From the NCBI GenBank assembly GCA_030390025.1, contig CM059432.1, forward strand, positions 124,312,001 through 124,376,000: a stretch of DNA of 64,000 nucleotides, in the 5' to 3' direction. The notes below the pieces were generated by a model. It worked only from the letters and a program-made list of their open reading frames with translations, was not told the DNA's origin and did no database searches. The DNA comes from Squalus acanthias. Lineage: Eukaryota. The position numbers and the translations under genes were made by a program. Below, piece by piece: positions 38,944-51,100 of the stretch (position 1 is its first letter; each line of letters opens with the position of its first letter).

Positions 38944-40000
38944 ATGGGTGCAGTTTTTGTTTCAATCCTTTGGATGAACAAATGGTTAGAGAAAGAAGAG
39001 CAGCAGCCTGAAGAACCAGGACAAGCTGCAGTGGGGCCTGTTGGAAGACAGGTGAGGTGGGCCTTACTCTCTTGGATAATTCTGAGGATCAGTGCAGAAG
39101 GAGGCTGCATTTCACCAGGCAGGCTGTCGCTAACTTATGCAGCCTGTTGCGGGAGGACCTGCTGCCCACTGGACCAGGGCCATGCTTTGCCAGTGACTAT
39201 CTAGGTCACCTTTTCATCATCGGCCCCTTATAGGCTGGCACAAGGGGATATTACCCACATCTCCTAGTCTGCAGTGCACAGCTGCATCAAACAGGTCAGC
39301 AATGACCTCCGTGCCAGAGCAAATCAGTGCATTACCTTCACGATCAGTGCCAGCAGCCAGGATGAGAGAGCTCTAGGATACGCAGCAGTGGCCACCTTCC
39401 CTCATGCCCAGGGTATAATAGACTGCACTAATGTAGCTATCAGAGCACCAGAAGACAAGCCAGGAACAGGAAGGGCTTCCACTCTATCAATGTTCAACTA
39501 ATGTTGATAATGCAAGTCTGCGCCAGTTCCGCTGGCAACTGCCACAATGCTTTCATTCTGCGACATTCATTTATCACCCCCTGCCCCCACTTTTCCACCT
39601 ATCCAGGAATGTCAGAAGATGGCTGCTGGGACACAAGGGATACCACCTCCACACCTGGCTGATGACACCCCTTGCAATCCCACTATGCCTGAGCAACACA
39701 GGTACAATGTGAGCCATAGGACCGCCAGGAACATCACAGAGCATATCAGTGGCATTTTGCAGCAAAGAGTCAGGTGCCTTGATCACTCTGAGGACTCCCT
39801 ACAATATGGGTCACTTCATTGTAATTTGCTGCATTCTGCAAAACTTGGACTGGAGTTGGAGGAGACACAGCAACAGGAAGACACATCATCAGACGAGGAA
39901 GAATTGGATTATTTGTGAGCGAGAACCACAAAAATGAGGGTCAGCAGAATACATTGCAGCTGAAGAGTCCAGGGGAGCAGCTGATAGAGGAGCTCTTTGG
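38944..40000 (+). pseudogene. HARBI1-like transposase, frameshifted
   Basis: MGAVF..., FPHAQGIIDCTNVAIRAP, RNITEHISGILQQRVRCLDHS, IVICCILQN. Confidence 0.88.
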
Positions 40001-40249
40001 TGACCACCTCAAATTCAGGAAAAGCCCCTCAGCATTAACAATCCTTGTTACCCCTTCACCACTCCCTTGATTCTGCATTGAACAACATTGACATCATTCA
40101 GCGAACCACTATGTTAATGACTTTCTGACAATACAGACTGAGAAGCTATAAGGAGAAGAAACTACAGACCAAAGTTGCAAATGTAATAAAGGTGTTGATT
40201 TTAATTCCAAATACAATGTTGTAGTTAATTATTGTGTTCCCCCAAGTGA

Positions 40250-41150
40250 TCAACCCAAAGTGCTTTTCTTAAAAGAAGGTTTACTAACTCTACTACTCCT
40301 ATGAGGTGCACCCCCAGTGGCTTCAGCAGAGATGGTGGAAGGCTGCTGTTGCTCACGTGGGGACCCTTGAGATGCCTGTGGTTGGCGGCTTCTAGAGTCC
40401 CGAGACTCGAAGGGCCCAGCTACAGACTGCAGCACTCCGCCTGCTGCCAGGGAAGTCTGGCCCAGCTGGCTTTCTGGCACAGTGGTTGGCATTGGTTGAT
40501 GGGGTGGTGAGGAAGCAGACATGCTGACATCCTGAGAGAGGGCAACACGTGCTACTTCCATTGCACCACTGCCACTCCCATGGGGTTGAGGCTCAGCACT
40601 TCCACTCATCTGCGGAAAAACAGACTGCAGAAGATGAGTGAAGCCTTGAAAGTCCTTATCAATTTGCTCCATCAGTCTGTCCAAGGTAAACAACTGCCTC
40701 TCCAAAGCAAAGCACAAGTTTGAGCTTAGAGTCTGCATGGTGGCCACACTCTCCCAGGTAAACTGCAGAGTGCTGATACGCTGGGAGATGACACCCCACA
40801 GACTGGATGTGGACTCCTCCACACTTTCAGCCATGATGGTGAAACTCCTTGGCAGGCCTTCTGTGAAACAAGCCGTTTTCTTCTCATTGCTGGGCCCCTG
40901 AAGTCCACATCTATGTCCTCCTTACAGAGCTGGGAGAGAACCTCTCCTTCTGGTTGCTGTTTCCTGGGCTGTCCTTGCCACCAGTACCAGCTGCTGCTCA
41001 CTAGTGCTGAGTGTTTCATCAACATGTAAACCCCTCTTCCTCACTATCTAACCCATGTGGAGTGCCAACGTCTGAGCTGGTGCCTCGGAGAGATGGAACA
41101 CGTGATGGTGCATCCTCAGGATTGTCCTCTTCCGTGGTGTTTTCCCCAGA
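40250..41150 (-). pseudogene. Harbinger partner protein, C-terminal exon
   Basis: AGP...QQPSTISAEATGGAPHRSSR aligns with the partner C-termini at 22850-23000 and 43200-43355. Confidence 0.75.
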
Positions 41151-41885
41151 AAAGGAGGAGGAGGACCTTCACCACTGACCGCAAAATCTGAGCCAATTGT
41201 CTTAAGTCCAAAAGGCCTTTTTTCCAACTTTTCATAGCATGTTTACTACCTCTTTTTGAAGGATAGGAATGATTGGTGGTTAATCTGTTGACACTTTCTC
41301 CATTATTTTGCCATTCTTTATACATAACTTTTTCAGAAAGCTTCACAAACAACCCTTAGTATATTATTGTTGTAATTCTCTGGATTTTTTTTTATAAATA
41401 TGTCATTGGATTCTGGTTAGGTGAGCATGAAAGATGGGTCATCATAAGTGAGAAAGTAAAGTCCCTGTGAACTTTAACATCCTGCAAAGGTTAAAACACT
41501 TCACTAATTGCTGAGTCCAATTGGCACCACACTAAATATCAAGGGGAAAAATAAATTATGCGGAAAATGTCTGAGTAATAGATCATCTATGATTCACATC
41601 TAGAATGTAATTCCCACTAATTCCAAAGTAGAATGAATTAATTCCTCATATACTTGTACATTGCAGTCTGTTTTTAATAGACATTTTAAAGATGAACGAC
41701 AGAAAATTAATTTGCTGTGTGTAAACTTTTAATGGCCATGCCTATTATTTGAGAAAGGTTGATTACACAAGTATGTGAACGGATTTCTTCATTCTTTGAA
41801 TGATGTTATCCTTCATGTACTGTGAGTAATTCATATCATCCCACGGAACATTAACAGGAATTTAATTGGCACATGGAAAAATACA

Positions 41886-44399
41886 GGGGGGGGGGGGGAA
41901 TTTTAACCCCAAAAAACGAGTGGGTTGAGGTCGGGCGGAAGGTTAAAGCGTTAAAAAACTGAATCCCGACCCCCAACCCGCCTCCAACTCGCCCACTTCC
42001 AGTTTTAGCATAGGCGGGACGGGGCAGATGACCAACCCGCTCCCAGGAGGTGGGTTGACCATTTAAATATTATAATGAGGCTGCCGTACCTCATGGTGAT
42101 CTACCATTTTAAATTTAACTCTGGCTGGTCGGGTTTCTGAGGTCTCGGGGAACCCGCCAGCTAAAGTAAGGCGAGGACTGCTGGATCCAGGAGGTAAGTT
42201 CCTTTACACTTACCTGCTAGATCTAGCGTCCCTATGAGATGAAGAGAGGGGGACATCTCAGCAAACTGGTGACAGAATTACATATCAAACAGCTACAAGG
42301 CGTAAATCAGTCACTCATGTGGGCACTGATGTCATCAACCACTGAATGGTCATCATGTGCATAATAGTATCTGTATGTATTCTTCATATGACATATCTAA
42401 CTCATCTCTTTACTCTCCCACAGCTCCATCAAGAGCCCTCCCCACTGTCCAGGAGGAAGAGGAAGACGACTCCTCAGAGGAGCCTCCAGCCTCTGAGGGT
42501 GCCCCACCACCAGCGCAGATACGCACACCTCGGTGGGTCCCATGCGAGATACAGCAGTGTTGTCACCTGGTGTCTCACAACTCACAAGTGAGCAAGAGGA
42601 GATGGTGGAGACAGGGACAGCAGTGGAGACTCCTCGTCGGAAGGCGCAGGATGCCCCCAGCTCTGCTCAGCTGCATGCAGACGCTGAGCCTCAGGGGCCA
42701 TCCAGAAAGAGGGCAGTCCTGGAGGTGCAGGAAGAAGTGCAGGAGGCTCTGACAGGTTCTGCAAATGTTCAGAGAATGGAGGAGTCCATCTCCAACATGA
42801 GCACCACCGTGTCGCAGGCAATGGCGACAGTAGGCTCTTCCATGGAAAGGATGGCCACCTGCATGGAGCAGCTGATGTGCCACTCACACGAGCACATGGT
42901 ATCTATGGCGAACAGATGGCAGAGGCTCATAGACCTCCTTTCTAGAAGGGATGTCAGCATAGACATGGGTCTTCATGGCCCCACTGATGTGCAGCAAGGT
43001 GCTCTCTTGCTCCTTGCTAGCAAGGAAGTGCAGGTGCCCCATGAGAGGGATGATGGTGAGTGGGCACATGGAAGTGGGGGCTCCTCTCAAAGCGCTCACA
43101 CTTCTCCCCAATTCCCACCCCCTCAGTCAGAGCTCCAGATGCCTCCTGGGATTGCGATGGCCGAGTCTGCCCCTGCACAGTTGCAGGAGGAGCAGACTTT
43201 GGCGGGGCCATCACAGGCTCTAAAACCCAGAGGACGTCTGCCAAGAGTGTCTAAGTAGTTGCAGCAGGGAAGTGAGCAGGCTGCCACTACCTCTGCTGAA
43301 GTCACAGGGGTAGCACCTCGTAGAAGCACACGTAAGAGAAAGATGACACACAAGTAGATTCACAAGGGTAGCCACTTGAGTGTTTTATTCAATGTTAATG
43401 TCAAGTTTCCGTTAATGTGATGTCAACCATAAAAATCTTTATTTTCACCACTTTCCGGTCTTGATGAAATTTATGTGCACCTTTGGAAGTGGCTTAGTGA
43501 GTTGCAGTGAATGGTGAGACATAATGGTACCTCCACCAATGGTGAATGGCTTGGTCATTGTGGGGATGGTTTATGGTGTTGCTGTGGGGTGGTGCCAACC
43601 TGGCACAGCATGTGGCAGCCATATGGGTATACAGCATAAAGTTAAGTAAATCTGGCCATGATGAGGCCATCCCAGGCCTCCCGGGCAGCAATGTGCTCGG
43701 GTGCTGATGCCCTCTGTCCTGTGCAGCATCAGATGGCTGTGGAAAAGGTTTGTGGTGTTCTTGTTGTTGCTGCTGGTGTGCCTGGTACTGTTGGTGTTGG
43801 GGCTCATCCTGGTCAGATTCTGAGGTGAGACAGTATAAACGGCACCCATGCTGATGGAATAGATGGCAGGTCAAGTAAAGTTGACGAAGCGATCTGTCAA
43901 TGGTGAGAGAGGTTCTTCCAATGAGGTGACACTGGATGGAGACTTTGCTGGAAACACTTGCAGCCTGCAGAAAGTTAAATCTGTGCTGGCAATGTAGTCA
44001 GCAATAGCTTCTGCCTGAGGAAAGTGATCAGCTGTGAGGTCGGAGCTTTTACAGTATATTTGACGCTGTCAAGTAATCAGCTGGAGCAATGGCCACTCAA
44101 CTCCCACCTCAGGTTGACAGACGTGGTTCCCGAGCTGCTTGAATCCCGTGGACATGCAAAGAAATTGGAAATCTAGGGGGGAGAAAGGCTCTTAAGTGGC
44201 TGACAACAAGCTTATAATAATGTCAATTAGGTCGCCCGCCTCTTTTGGTCAGGTCGCTGATGTACCGGCAAACGCACCCGAGGGAAAGGCGCATGGGGGC
44301 GGGATGATGGAGGGTTCCCGACCCGCTCCGACTTTTTTCAAATTTCCCACCCGACCCGCCTCCAATCGCGCCCGCACAGACCCCAGAAAATTCCGGCCC
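41886..44399. mobile_element. Composite Harbinger derivative: MITE-type left end, partner exons 2-3, DDE-deleted transposase, right end
   Basis: Termini (G)nAATTTTAACCCC / GAAAATTCCGGCCC. 42230-43380 aligns to 21760-23020, and 43365-44050 aligns to 495-1200. Confidence 0.8.
42424..43357 (+). pseudogene. Harbinger partner protein exon 3
   Basis: Acceptor CTCTCCCACAG|, then LSPGVSQLTSEQEEMVETGTAVETPRR...GPSRKRAVLE, highly similar to ORF 22083-22991. Confidence 0.85.
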
Positions 44400-44499
44400 A
44401 TGTTTTTCTTTCAAACTCTATCCAAGCAATAATATTTGGTGAGACTTACACCATTGAGTCCTTTACTGAAACCTGTTTCCAGTCCACTTTTGCTAAATC

Positions 44500-45335
44500 A
44501 CATCTCAGCTTAGTAAAATTAACCTTACCCCCAACCGAGAATTTTTACTCCTGCTCTATCTTTGTCCTTTTCCATAACTACGTTAAATCTAACTGAATTA
44601 TGGTCACAACCACCAAAATGTTCTCCCACTGATACCCCTTCCACCTGCCCAGCTTCATTCCCTAAAACTAAGTCCAGAATCGCCCCCTCTCTTGTTGGGC
44701 TTGCTACGTACTGGCAAAAAGATTCCCCTAAATGCATTTTAAGAATTCTGTGCCCTCTATACCTTTTACATTGATTCTATCCCAGTTAATATTAGGGTAG
44801 TTGAAATCCCCTACTATTACTGCCCTATTGTTTTTGCACTTCTCAGAAATGTGAATACATATTTGCTCTTCTATCTCCCTCTGACTATTTGGGGGTCTAT
44901 AGTACACTCCCAGCAGTGTTATGGCCCCTTTTCTGTTCTTCAGTTCAACCCATATGGCCTCATGTGATGATCCTTCTAACATATCCCTCCTTACAGGTGT
45001 AATTGTTCCTTGAATCAATATTGCAACACCCCTCCTTTTTTATCCCACTTTCTATCTCATCTGAAAATCTCGTAATCAGGAATGTTGAGCTGCCATTTCT
45101 GCCCTTCTTTCAGCCATGTTTCAGTAATAGCTATGATATTATACTTCCACGTGTCTATCTGTGCCCTCGGCTCATCTGCCTTATTCACTGGACTCCTTAC
45201 ATTGAAGTATGTACCATTAAGAACTGCCAAACCCCTTTGTTAACTATTTTCCAGCCTTTGTTTCCTCTGCCTTCCAAACTCACTTACTAATTTACTGCCT
45301 TCCATTTCCAGCTTTGCTTCTCTCCCTTCTGAATG
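44500..45335 (-). mobile_element. CR1 ORF2 AP-endonuclease fragment
   Basis: EAIWVELKNRKGAITLLGVYYRPPNS...VGDFNYPNINW...LDLVLGNE...DHNSVRF. Confidence 0.92.
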
Positions 45336-46033
45336 TATACAGAACCATTTACTCATTTCATTGGTGTACAGTAGTCAGGTTCTTAGTAAATTAAATATTT
45401 TTTTAATATTTAAAGCTTTTGAAAGGAGTTTATTAGTGCCCATGCGCCTAAAAACAGCTTAATGTTAAGAGCCTCCTCGAAGGCTGGCAAACAGGTGCAA
45501 GTAGCGGAAACTCGCCATGGTGATTAATTCGATCGGGGGCGTGGCCAGTTTTGTGGGCGGGGCCGGCTTCCAGCGCCCTGTTTTTTTAAACCAGCGCAAA
45601 AGATCGCGGAAACTCCATTTGCGCCGGACGTAACTTGCGATTGAAATTCCTCGATCTTTTGCGCTGGTTTGGCCGATTTCGGGCGAACCTCGCGAAAGCT
45701 CTACCCCAGCATGAGCACTTCTCTGTAGTTGGTGGATGGAAGAAGGGTCGTCAGATCGGATGTGTCTCCCGCTCCTGAGCCTCTCACCACCTGTGTTGGC
45801 TGGCACTGAGAGCTGTGAAGAAGCTCATGGGCCAGACCACCCACTCAAATGAATGATAACATTTCAGCAGCAGGAAGCCGGCCAATGAGATTCAACCAAG
45901 CTGAGGAGTGGAATTGCAAATGTAAGTAAGACCTTCAAAATGTCCTTGCAGTGCGAGTTTAATTTCCGTACCTCCCACATTAGCACGTTAATAGCAATGC
46001 TTTACTTGTGAGGTGAGACGTGCCAGGCGTCAT

Positions 46034-47042
46034 GACCAGGAATTTTCTGCATATTTGTGCCCAGAGGCATGCGCAATTGGGGAGCAAAGCAAATGTGCAG
46101 CCGAAAAGATGGCGGGATTCTGGGCCTAAGTGAGTCCCGCGCGCAAGTACAATACGCCCAAATCTCCTCGGTCTTTTACGATCGTCTGTCTGTCCAAAAA
46201 TGTGTGGGTTAGGTTGATTTGGCTATGATAAATTGACCCTTAGTGTTAGGGGGGATTAAATATGTGGGGTTATGGGGATAGGATGGGATATGTTAGGGGG
46301 AATTAAATACGTGGGGTTACAGGGGTAGGGTGGGATATGTGTACTGTGGGGATTAAAGCAGGGACAGGGTACTGGATTTGGATGATCAGCCATGATCGTA
46401 TTGAATGGCGGAGCAGGCTCGACGGGCCGAATGGCCTACTCCTGCTCCTAGATTCTATGTTTCTATGTTTCTATGATCTCTCCGCCCGAGCGCATCGCCA
46501 CCTGTAATAATGGCTCCACCCCCAAGTTACAGAGACTTCCACACGTGTGTCCTGCGATTGTGCTTGCTCAGAGGCTCTCCTCAAATTACCACCAGATTTT
46601 CGGGCGCAGCAGGAAACAAAGTAATTTTTCTGATGCTTGATTACAATTTTTTGAGCCTTTTTTTTAAAAATTGATCCTCACTCAGTCCTGCATTGTATTT
46701 TCTGTTCCATTAAATGCGTTGTTATGGCATCAGTATAAATCACATTAAAAACTGAAAACATTGCACAATTGCAGGTTCTTAAACGTGTCTAAAGCGCATC
46801 AATAATGGTTAAATCAGTTGAAACTTTAATTTTCATACTTAAAGAAGGAATATATGGTGTGACCGTGTGAGTTCAGCATCTTCTGTGGGCCTCGATTGTT
46901 TATGCTGATATACGGCTATTTTTACATTCAGGCATATGCTGATGAGATTGGCAAGAAATGTGACACTGGCAGAATGGGCACAGGAATGGGCGTCATTTCG
47001 GGCGCTACTTCCGGGTTGCACCCCCGCAGGAAACTCCAGGCT
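46034..47042. mobile_element. Harbinger-type MITE interrupted by a SINE chimera
   Basis: Termini GACCAGGAATTTTCTGC / GCAGGAAACTCCAGGCT with TSD CAT. Confidence 0.7.
46185..46476 (+). mobile_element. 5'-truncated HE1/V-SINE body fused to a CR1 3' tail
   Basis: 46190-46340 matches the reverse complement of 10540-10645. 46354-46476 matches CR1 13438-13552. Confidence 0.85.
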
Positions 47043-47089
47043 CATAATCCTTTCAATCTTCCAGCCTTGATAATGCACATTATTTTTTC

Positions 47090-47400
47090 CCCTATTTTCT
47101 CCCTTCCTTTCCTGAAGGAAATGTCTGATGCTGGGGTACAATTCCGCAGGTGCTGGCAGCTCCCCTGCACCTCATCAGAGGTGCCCATTCTTCACGGGAA
47201 TGTCGGTAGGCTACTCGGCAAAAGGGAGCGCATCACAGTTGAGCCTCATTCCTGTCCTCATCTGATATACACACATGCAGACTTTGCAGCAGGAATCACT
47301 GACGAGGAACCACGACAGTTTTCTCTGCTGCCCCAAGCCCAGGGACATTAAGGTCAATTAAGGTGAATTGCATTACAACTGAGCTGCTTTCTGCTGCTCA
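47090..47400 (-). mobile_element. LF-SINE-like element
   Basis: TGTCGGTAGGCTACTCG...GCATCACAGTTGAGCC...CCTGTCCTCA...CAGCAGG...GCCCAGGG. Confidence 0.6.
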
Positions 47401-48642
47401 GTAGCGCACAACAACAACAACAACAACAACTTGTATTTATATTGCGCCTTTAACGTAGTAAAACGTCCCAAGGCGCTTCACAGGAGCGTCATAAAAAAAT
47501 ATTTGACAACGAGCCACATAAGGATAAATTAGGGCAGGTGACCAAAAGCTTGGTCAAAGAGGTTGGTTTTAAGGAGCGTCTTAAAGGAGGAAAGAGAGGT
47601 AGCGAGGGGGAGAGGTTTAGGCAGGGAATTCCAGAGCTTAGGGCCTAGGCAACAGAAGGCACGGCCAACAATGGTTGAGCGATTATAATCAGGGATGCTC
47701 AAGAGGGCAGAATTAGAGGAGCGCAGATATCTCAGAGGGTTGTGGGGCTGGAGGAGATTACAGAGATAGGGACGAGGCCTTGGAGGGATTTGAAAACAAG
47801 GATGAGAATTTTAAAATCGAGGCATTGCTTAATCGGGAGCCAATGTAGGTCAGCGAGCACAGGGGTGCTGGGTGAACGGGACTTGGTGCGAGTTAGGACA
47901 GGGGCAGCCGAGTTTTGGATGACCTCAAGTTTACGTGGGAGGCCAGCCAGGAGTGCGTTGGAATAGTCAAGTCTAGAAGTAACAAAGGCATGGATGAGGG
48001 TTTCAACAGCAGATGAGCTGAGGCAAGGGCGGAGAAGGAGCGATGTTACGGAGGTGGAAATAGGCGGTCTTAGTTATGGTGAGGATATGTGGTTGGAAGC
48101 TCATTTCAGGGTCAAATATGAGACCAAGGTTAAGAACAGTGTGGTTCAGCCTCAGACAGATGCTAGGGAGATGGATGGAGTCGCTGTCTAGGAAACGGAG
48201 TTTGTGGCGGGGACCGAAGACAATGACTTCAGTCTTCCCTATATTTCGTTGGAGGAAATTTCTGCTCATCCAGTACTGAATGATGGACAAGCAGTGTGAC
48301 AAATTAGAGACCGTGGAGGGGTTGAGAGAAGAGGTAGTGAGGTAGAGCTGGGTGTCGTCAGCGTACATGTGGAAACTGATGCTGTGTTTTCAGATGATGT
48401 CACCAAGGGACAGCATGTAGATGAGAAATAGGAGAGGGCCAAGGATAGATCCTTGGAGGACACCAGAGGTAACGATACGGGAGCGGGAAGAGAAGCCGTC
48501 GCAGGTGATTATCTGCCTACGATTAGATAGTTAAGTCTGGAACCAGGCGAGTGAAGTTCCTCACAGCTGGAGGATGGTGGAGAGGCGTTGGAGAAGGATG
48601 GTGTGATCAACCGTGTTAAGGGCTGCAGATAGGTTGAGAAAG

Positions 48643-51100
48643 ACCAAATTAGAAACCAAAAAGGTAACCTGTGTGTTGAGGAGGAAGACGTGGGTATGGT
48701 TCTTAATGAATACCTTGCGTCTGTCTTCACAAAAGAGAGGGACGATGCAGACATTGTATTTAAGGAGGAGGAGTGCGAAATATTAGATGAGATAAACATA
48801 GTGAGAGAGAAAATATTAAGGGGGAGAAATTGGGTGCCTTTGCGCCTCCCGTTAACGCCCCGGGGACCGCTAACGGGGCACAAATGGCTTTGCGACCGGG
48901 CGCAGCGCTGACATCGACTCCCGCCATATTCGGCGGGAGTTTTGCGGCGGTGCTACGGTGTTGCGCCCCGATCTCCTTCGCCTGGAGATCGTGACATCAT
49001 CGCCATGCGCATCGCCCCAGTAGCGCCGCGGACCTGAATTTGACTTCCGCCCCCTGCAGTAGCACTGGTTGAAAACACTGACAGCTGCAGGAGGCATGGA
49101 TCGGGCAGCCGGCCACTTCGGGGGCGATGATTGAAGGTGAGGTGGCCGAAATAGTAAAAAAATATTTACCTCTGTTGTTCCTGTTTTTTTCGTGGGTTCC
49201 TGCCTGCAATCGATCAGCCCGGCACTCTGCTTGAGTGCCGGGCTGATCACACGGGATTGCAGCTGCCTTGGTGGTCCAGGTAGGTACTTTTTATATTGCA
49301 GAGCCTGCAGCGATGGCCCTTCCCTTTAAGGGAGGGAAGGAACCTTTGAACGCGGCAGCGCTGCACGGTCCAGTGTACAGCGCTGCTGAAGTCTCCACCC
49401 CGCCTGCTGCCGATTGCGCTCCAAGAAGGAAGTGGAGCGTTTGATTTAGCCCTCCACTTCCTTCTTGGAGCGCAAAGGGCGAATTTTTCAAAAGATTGAA
49501 ATCGTTAGCACCTGGCGCTAACTTTTCAAACGTTTAAAAATTAGCGCCCCAAACGGGGCAATAGTGAATTTCTCCCCCTAAGGGTTTAGCATCTTTGAAA
49601 GTAGATAAATCGCCAGGCCCGGATGAAATGTATCCCAGGCTGTTAAGAGAAGCAAGGGAGGAGATAGCGGAGGCTCTGACCATCATTTTCCAATCCTCTC
49701 TGTTTAAAAAGGGAGAAAGGGATAGACCGAGTAATTACAGGCCAGTCAGCCTAACTTCAGTGGTGGGCAAATTAGTGGAAAAAATTCTGAGGGACAGTAT
49801 TAATCATCATTTGGAACGGCACGGATTAATCAAGGACAGTCAGCATGGATTGGTTAAGGGAAGGTCACGTCTAACGAACTTGATTGAATTTTTGGGGAAG
49901 TAGCAAGGAGGGTCGATGAGGGTAGTGCGTTTGATGTAGTCTACATGGATTTTAGCAAGGCTTTTGACAAGGTTCCACATGGCAGACTGCTCAGAAAAGT
50001 AAAAGCCCATGGGATCCAAGGGAAAGTAGCAAGTTGGATCCAAAATTGGCTCAGTGGCAGGAAGCAAAGGGTAACGGTCGATGGGTGTTTTTGTGACTGG
50101 AAGGCTGTTTCCAGTGGGGTTCTGCAGGGCTACATCCCTTGCTTTTTATGGTATATATCAATGATTTAGACTTCATTGTAGGGGGCACGATTAAGAAGTT
50201 TGCAGATGATACAAAAATTGGTCGTGTGCTTGATAGTGAGGAAGAAAGCTGTAGACTGCAGGAAGATATCAATGGACTGGTCAGGTGGGTAGAAAAGTGG
50301 CAAATGGAATTCAATCTGGAGAAGTGTGAGGAAATGCATTTGGGGAGGGCTAACAAGACAAGGGAATACACAATAAATGGTAGGACACTGAGAAGTGTAG
50401 AGGAACAGAGGGACCTTGGCGTGCATGTCCACAAATCCCTGAAGGTAGCAGGACAGATAGATAAGGTGGTTAAGAAGGCATACGGGATATTTTGCTTTAT
50501 TAGCCGAGGCATAGAAGAGCAGGGAGGTTATGCTTAAACTGTATCAAACACTAGTTAGGCCACAGCTAGAGTACTGTGTACAGTTCTGATCACCACATTA
50601 CAGAAAAGATGTGATTGCACTAGAGAAGGTACAGAGGAGATTTATGAGGATGTTATCAGGACTGGAGAATTTTAGCTATGAGGAAAGATTGGATAGGCTG
50701 GGGTTGTTTTCTTTGGAACAGAGGAGGCTGAGGGGAGATTTAATTGAGGTGTATAAAATTATGAGGGGCCTAGATAGAATGGATAGGAAGATCCTATTTC
50801 CCTTAGCAGAGAGGTCAATAACCAGGGGGGCGGAGATTTAAAGTAATTGGTAGAAGGATTAGAAGAGAGTTGAACATTTTTCACCCAGAGGGTGTTGGGG
50901 GTCTGGAACTCGCTGCCTGAAAGGGTGGTAGAGGCAAAAACCTTCATCACATTTAAAAAGTACTTGGATATGCACTTGAAGTGCTACGGACATAGAGCTG
51001 GAAAGTGGGATTGACTGGCTAGCTCTTTTTCGGCCGGCACAGACATGATTGGCCGAATGTCCTCCTTCTGTGCTGTAAATTTCTATGATTCTATGATTGT
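48643..51100 (+). mobile_element. 5'-truncated CR1 (RT to tail) containing a MITE
   Basis: LNEYLASVFT...KSPGPDEMYPRLL...MDFSKAFDKVPH...KFADDTK, ending in a (TTCTATGA)n tail. Confidence 0.95.
48820..49578. mobile_element. Harbinger-type MITE (759 bp), TAGCGCC family
   Basis: Perfect 12-bp TIR GGGGGAGAAATT with TSD TAA. The CR1 sequence resumes across it. Confidence 0.93.

Larger units (their letters stand above)
38298..41194. mobile_element. Decayed Harbinger: transposase on +, partner-gene exon 3 on -, SANT exon missing (ends uncertain)
   Basis: Candidate termini GGCCCCAATTTT / AAAATCTGAGCC without a matching TSD. Both gene remnants are clear. Confidence 0.75.
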
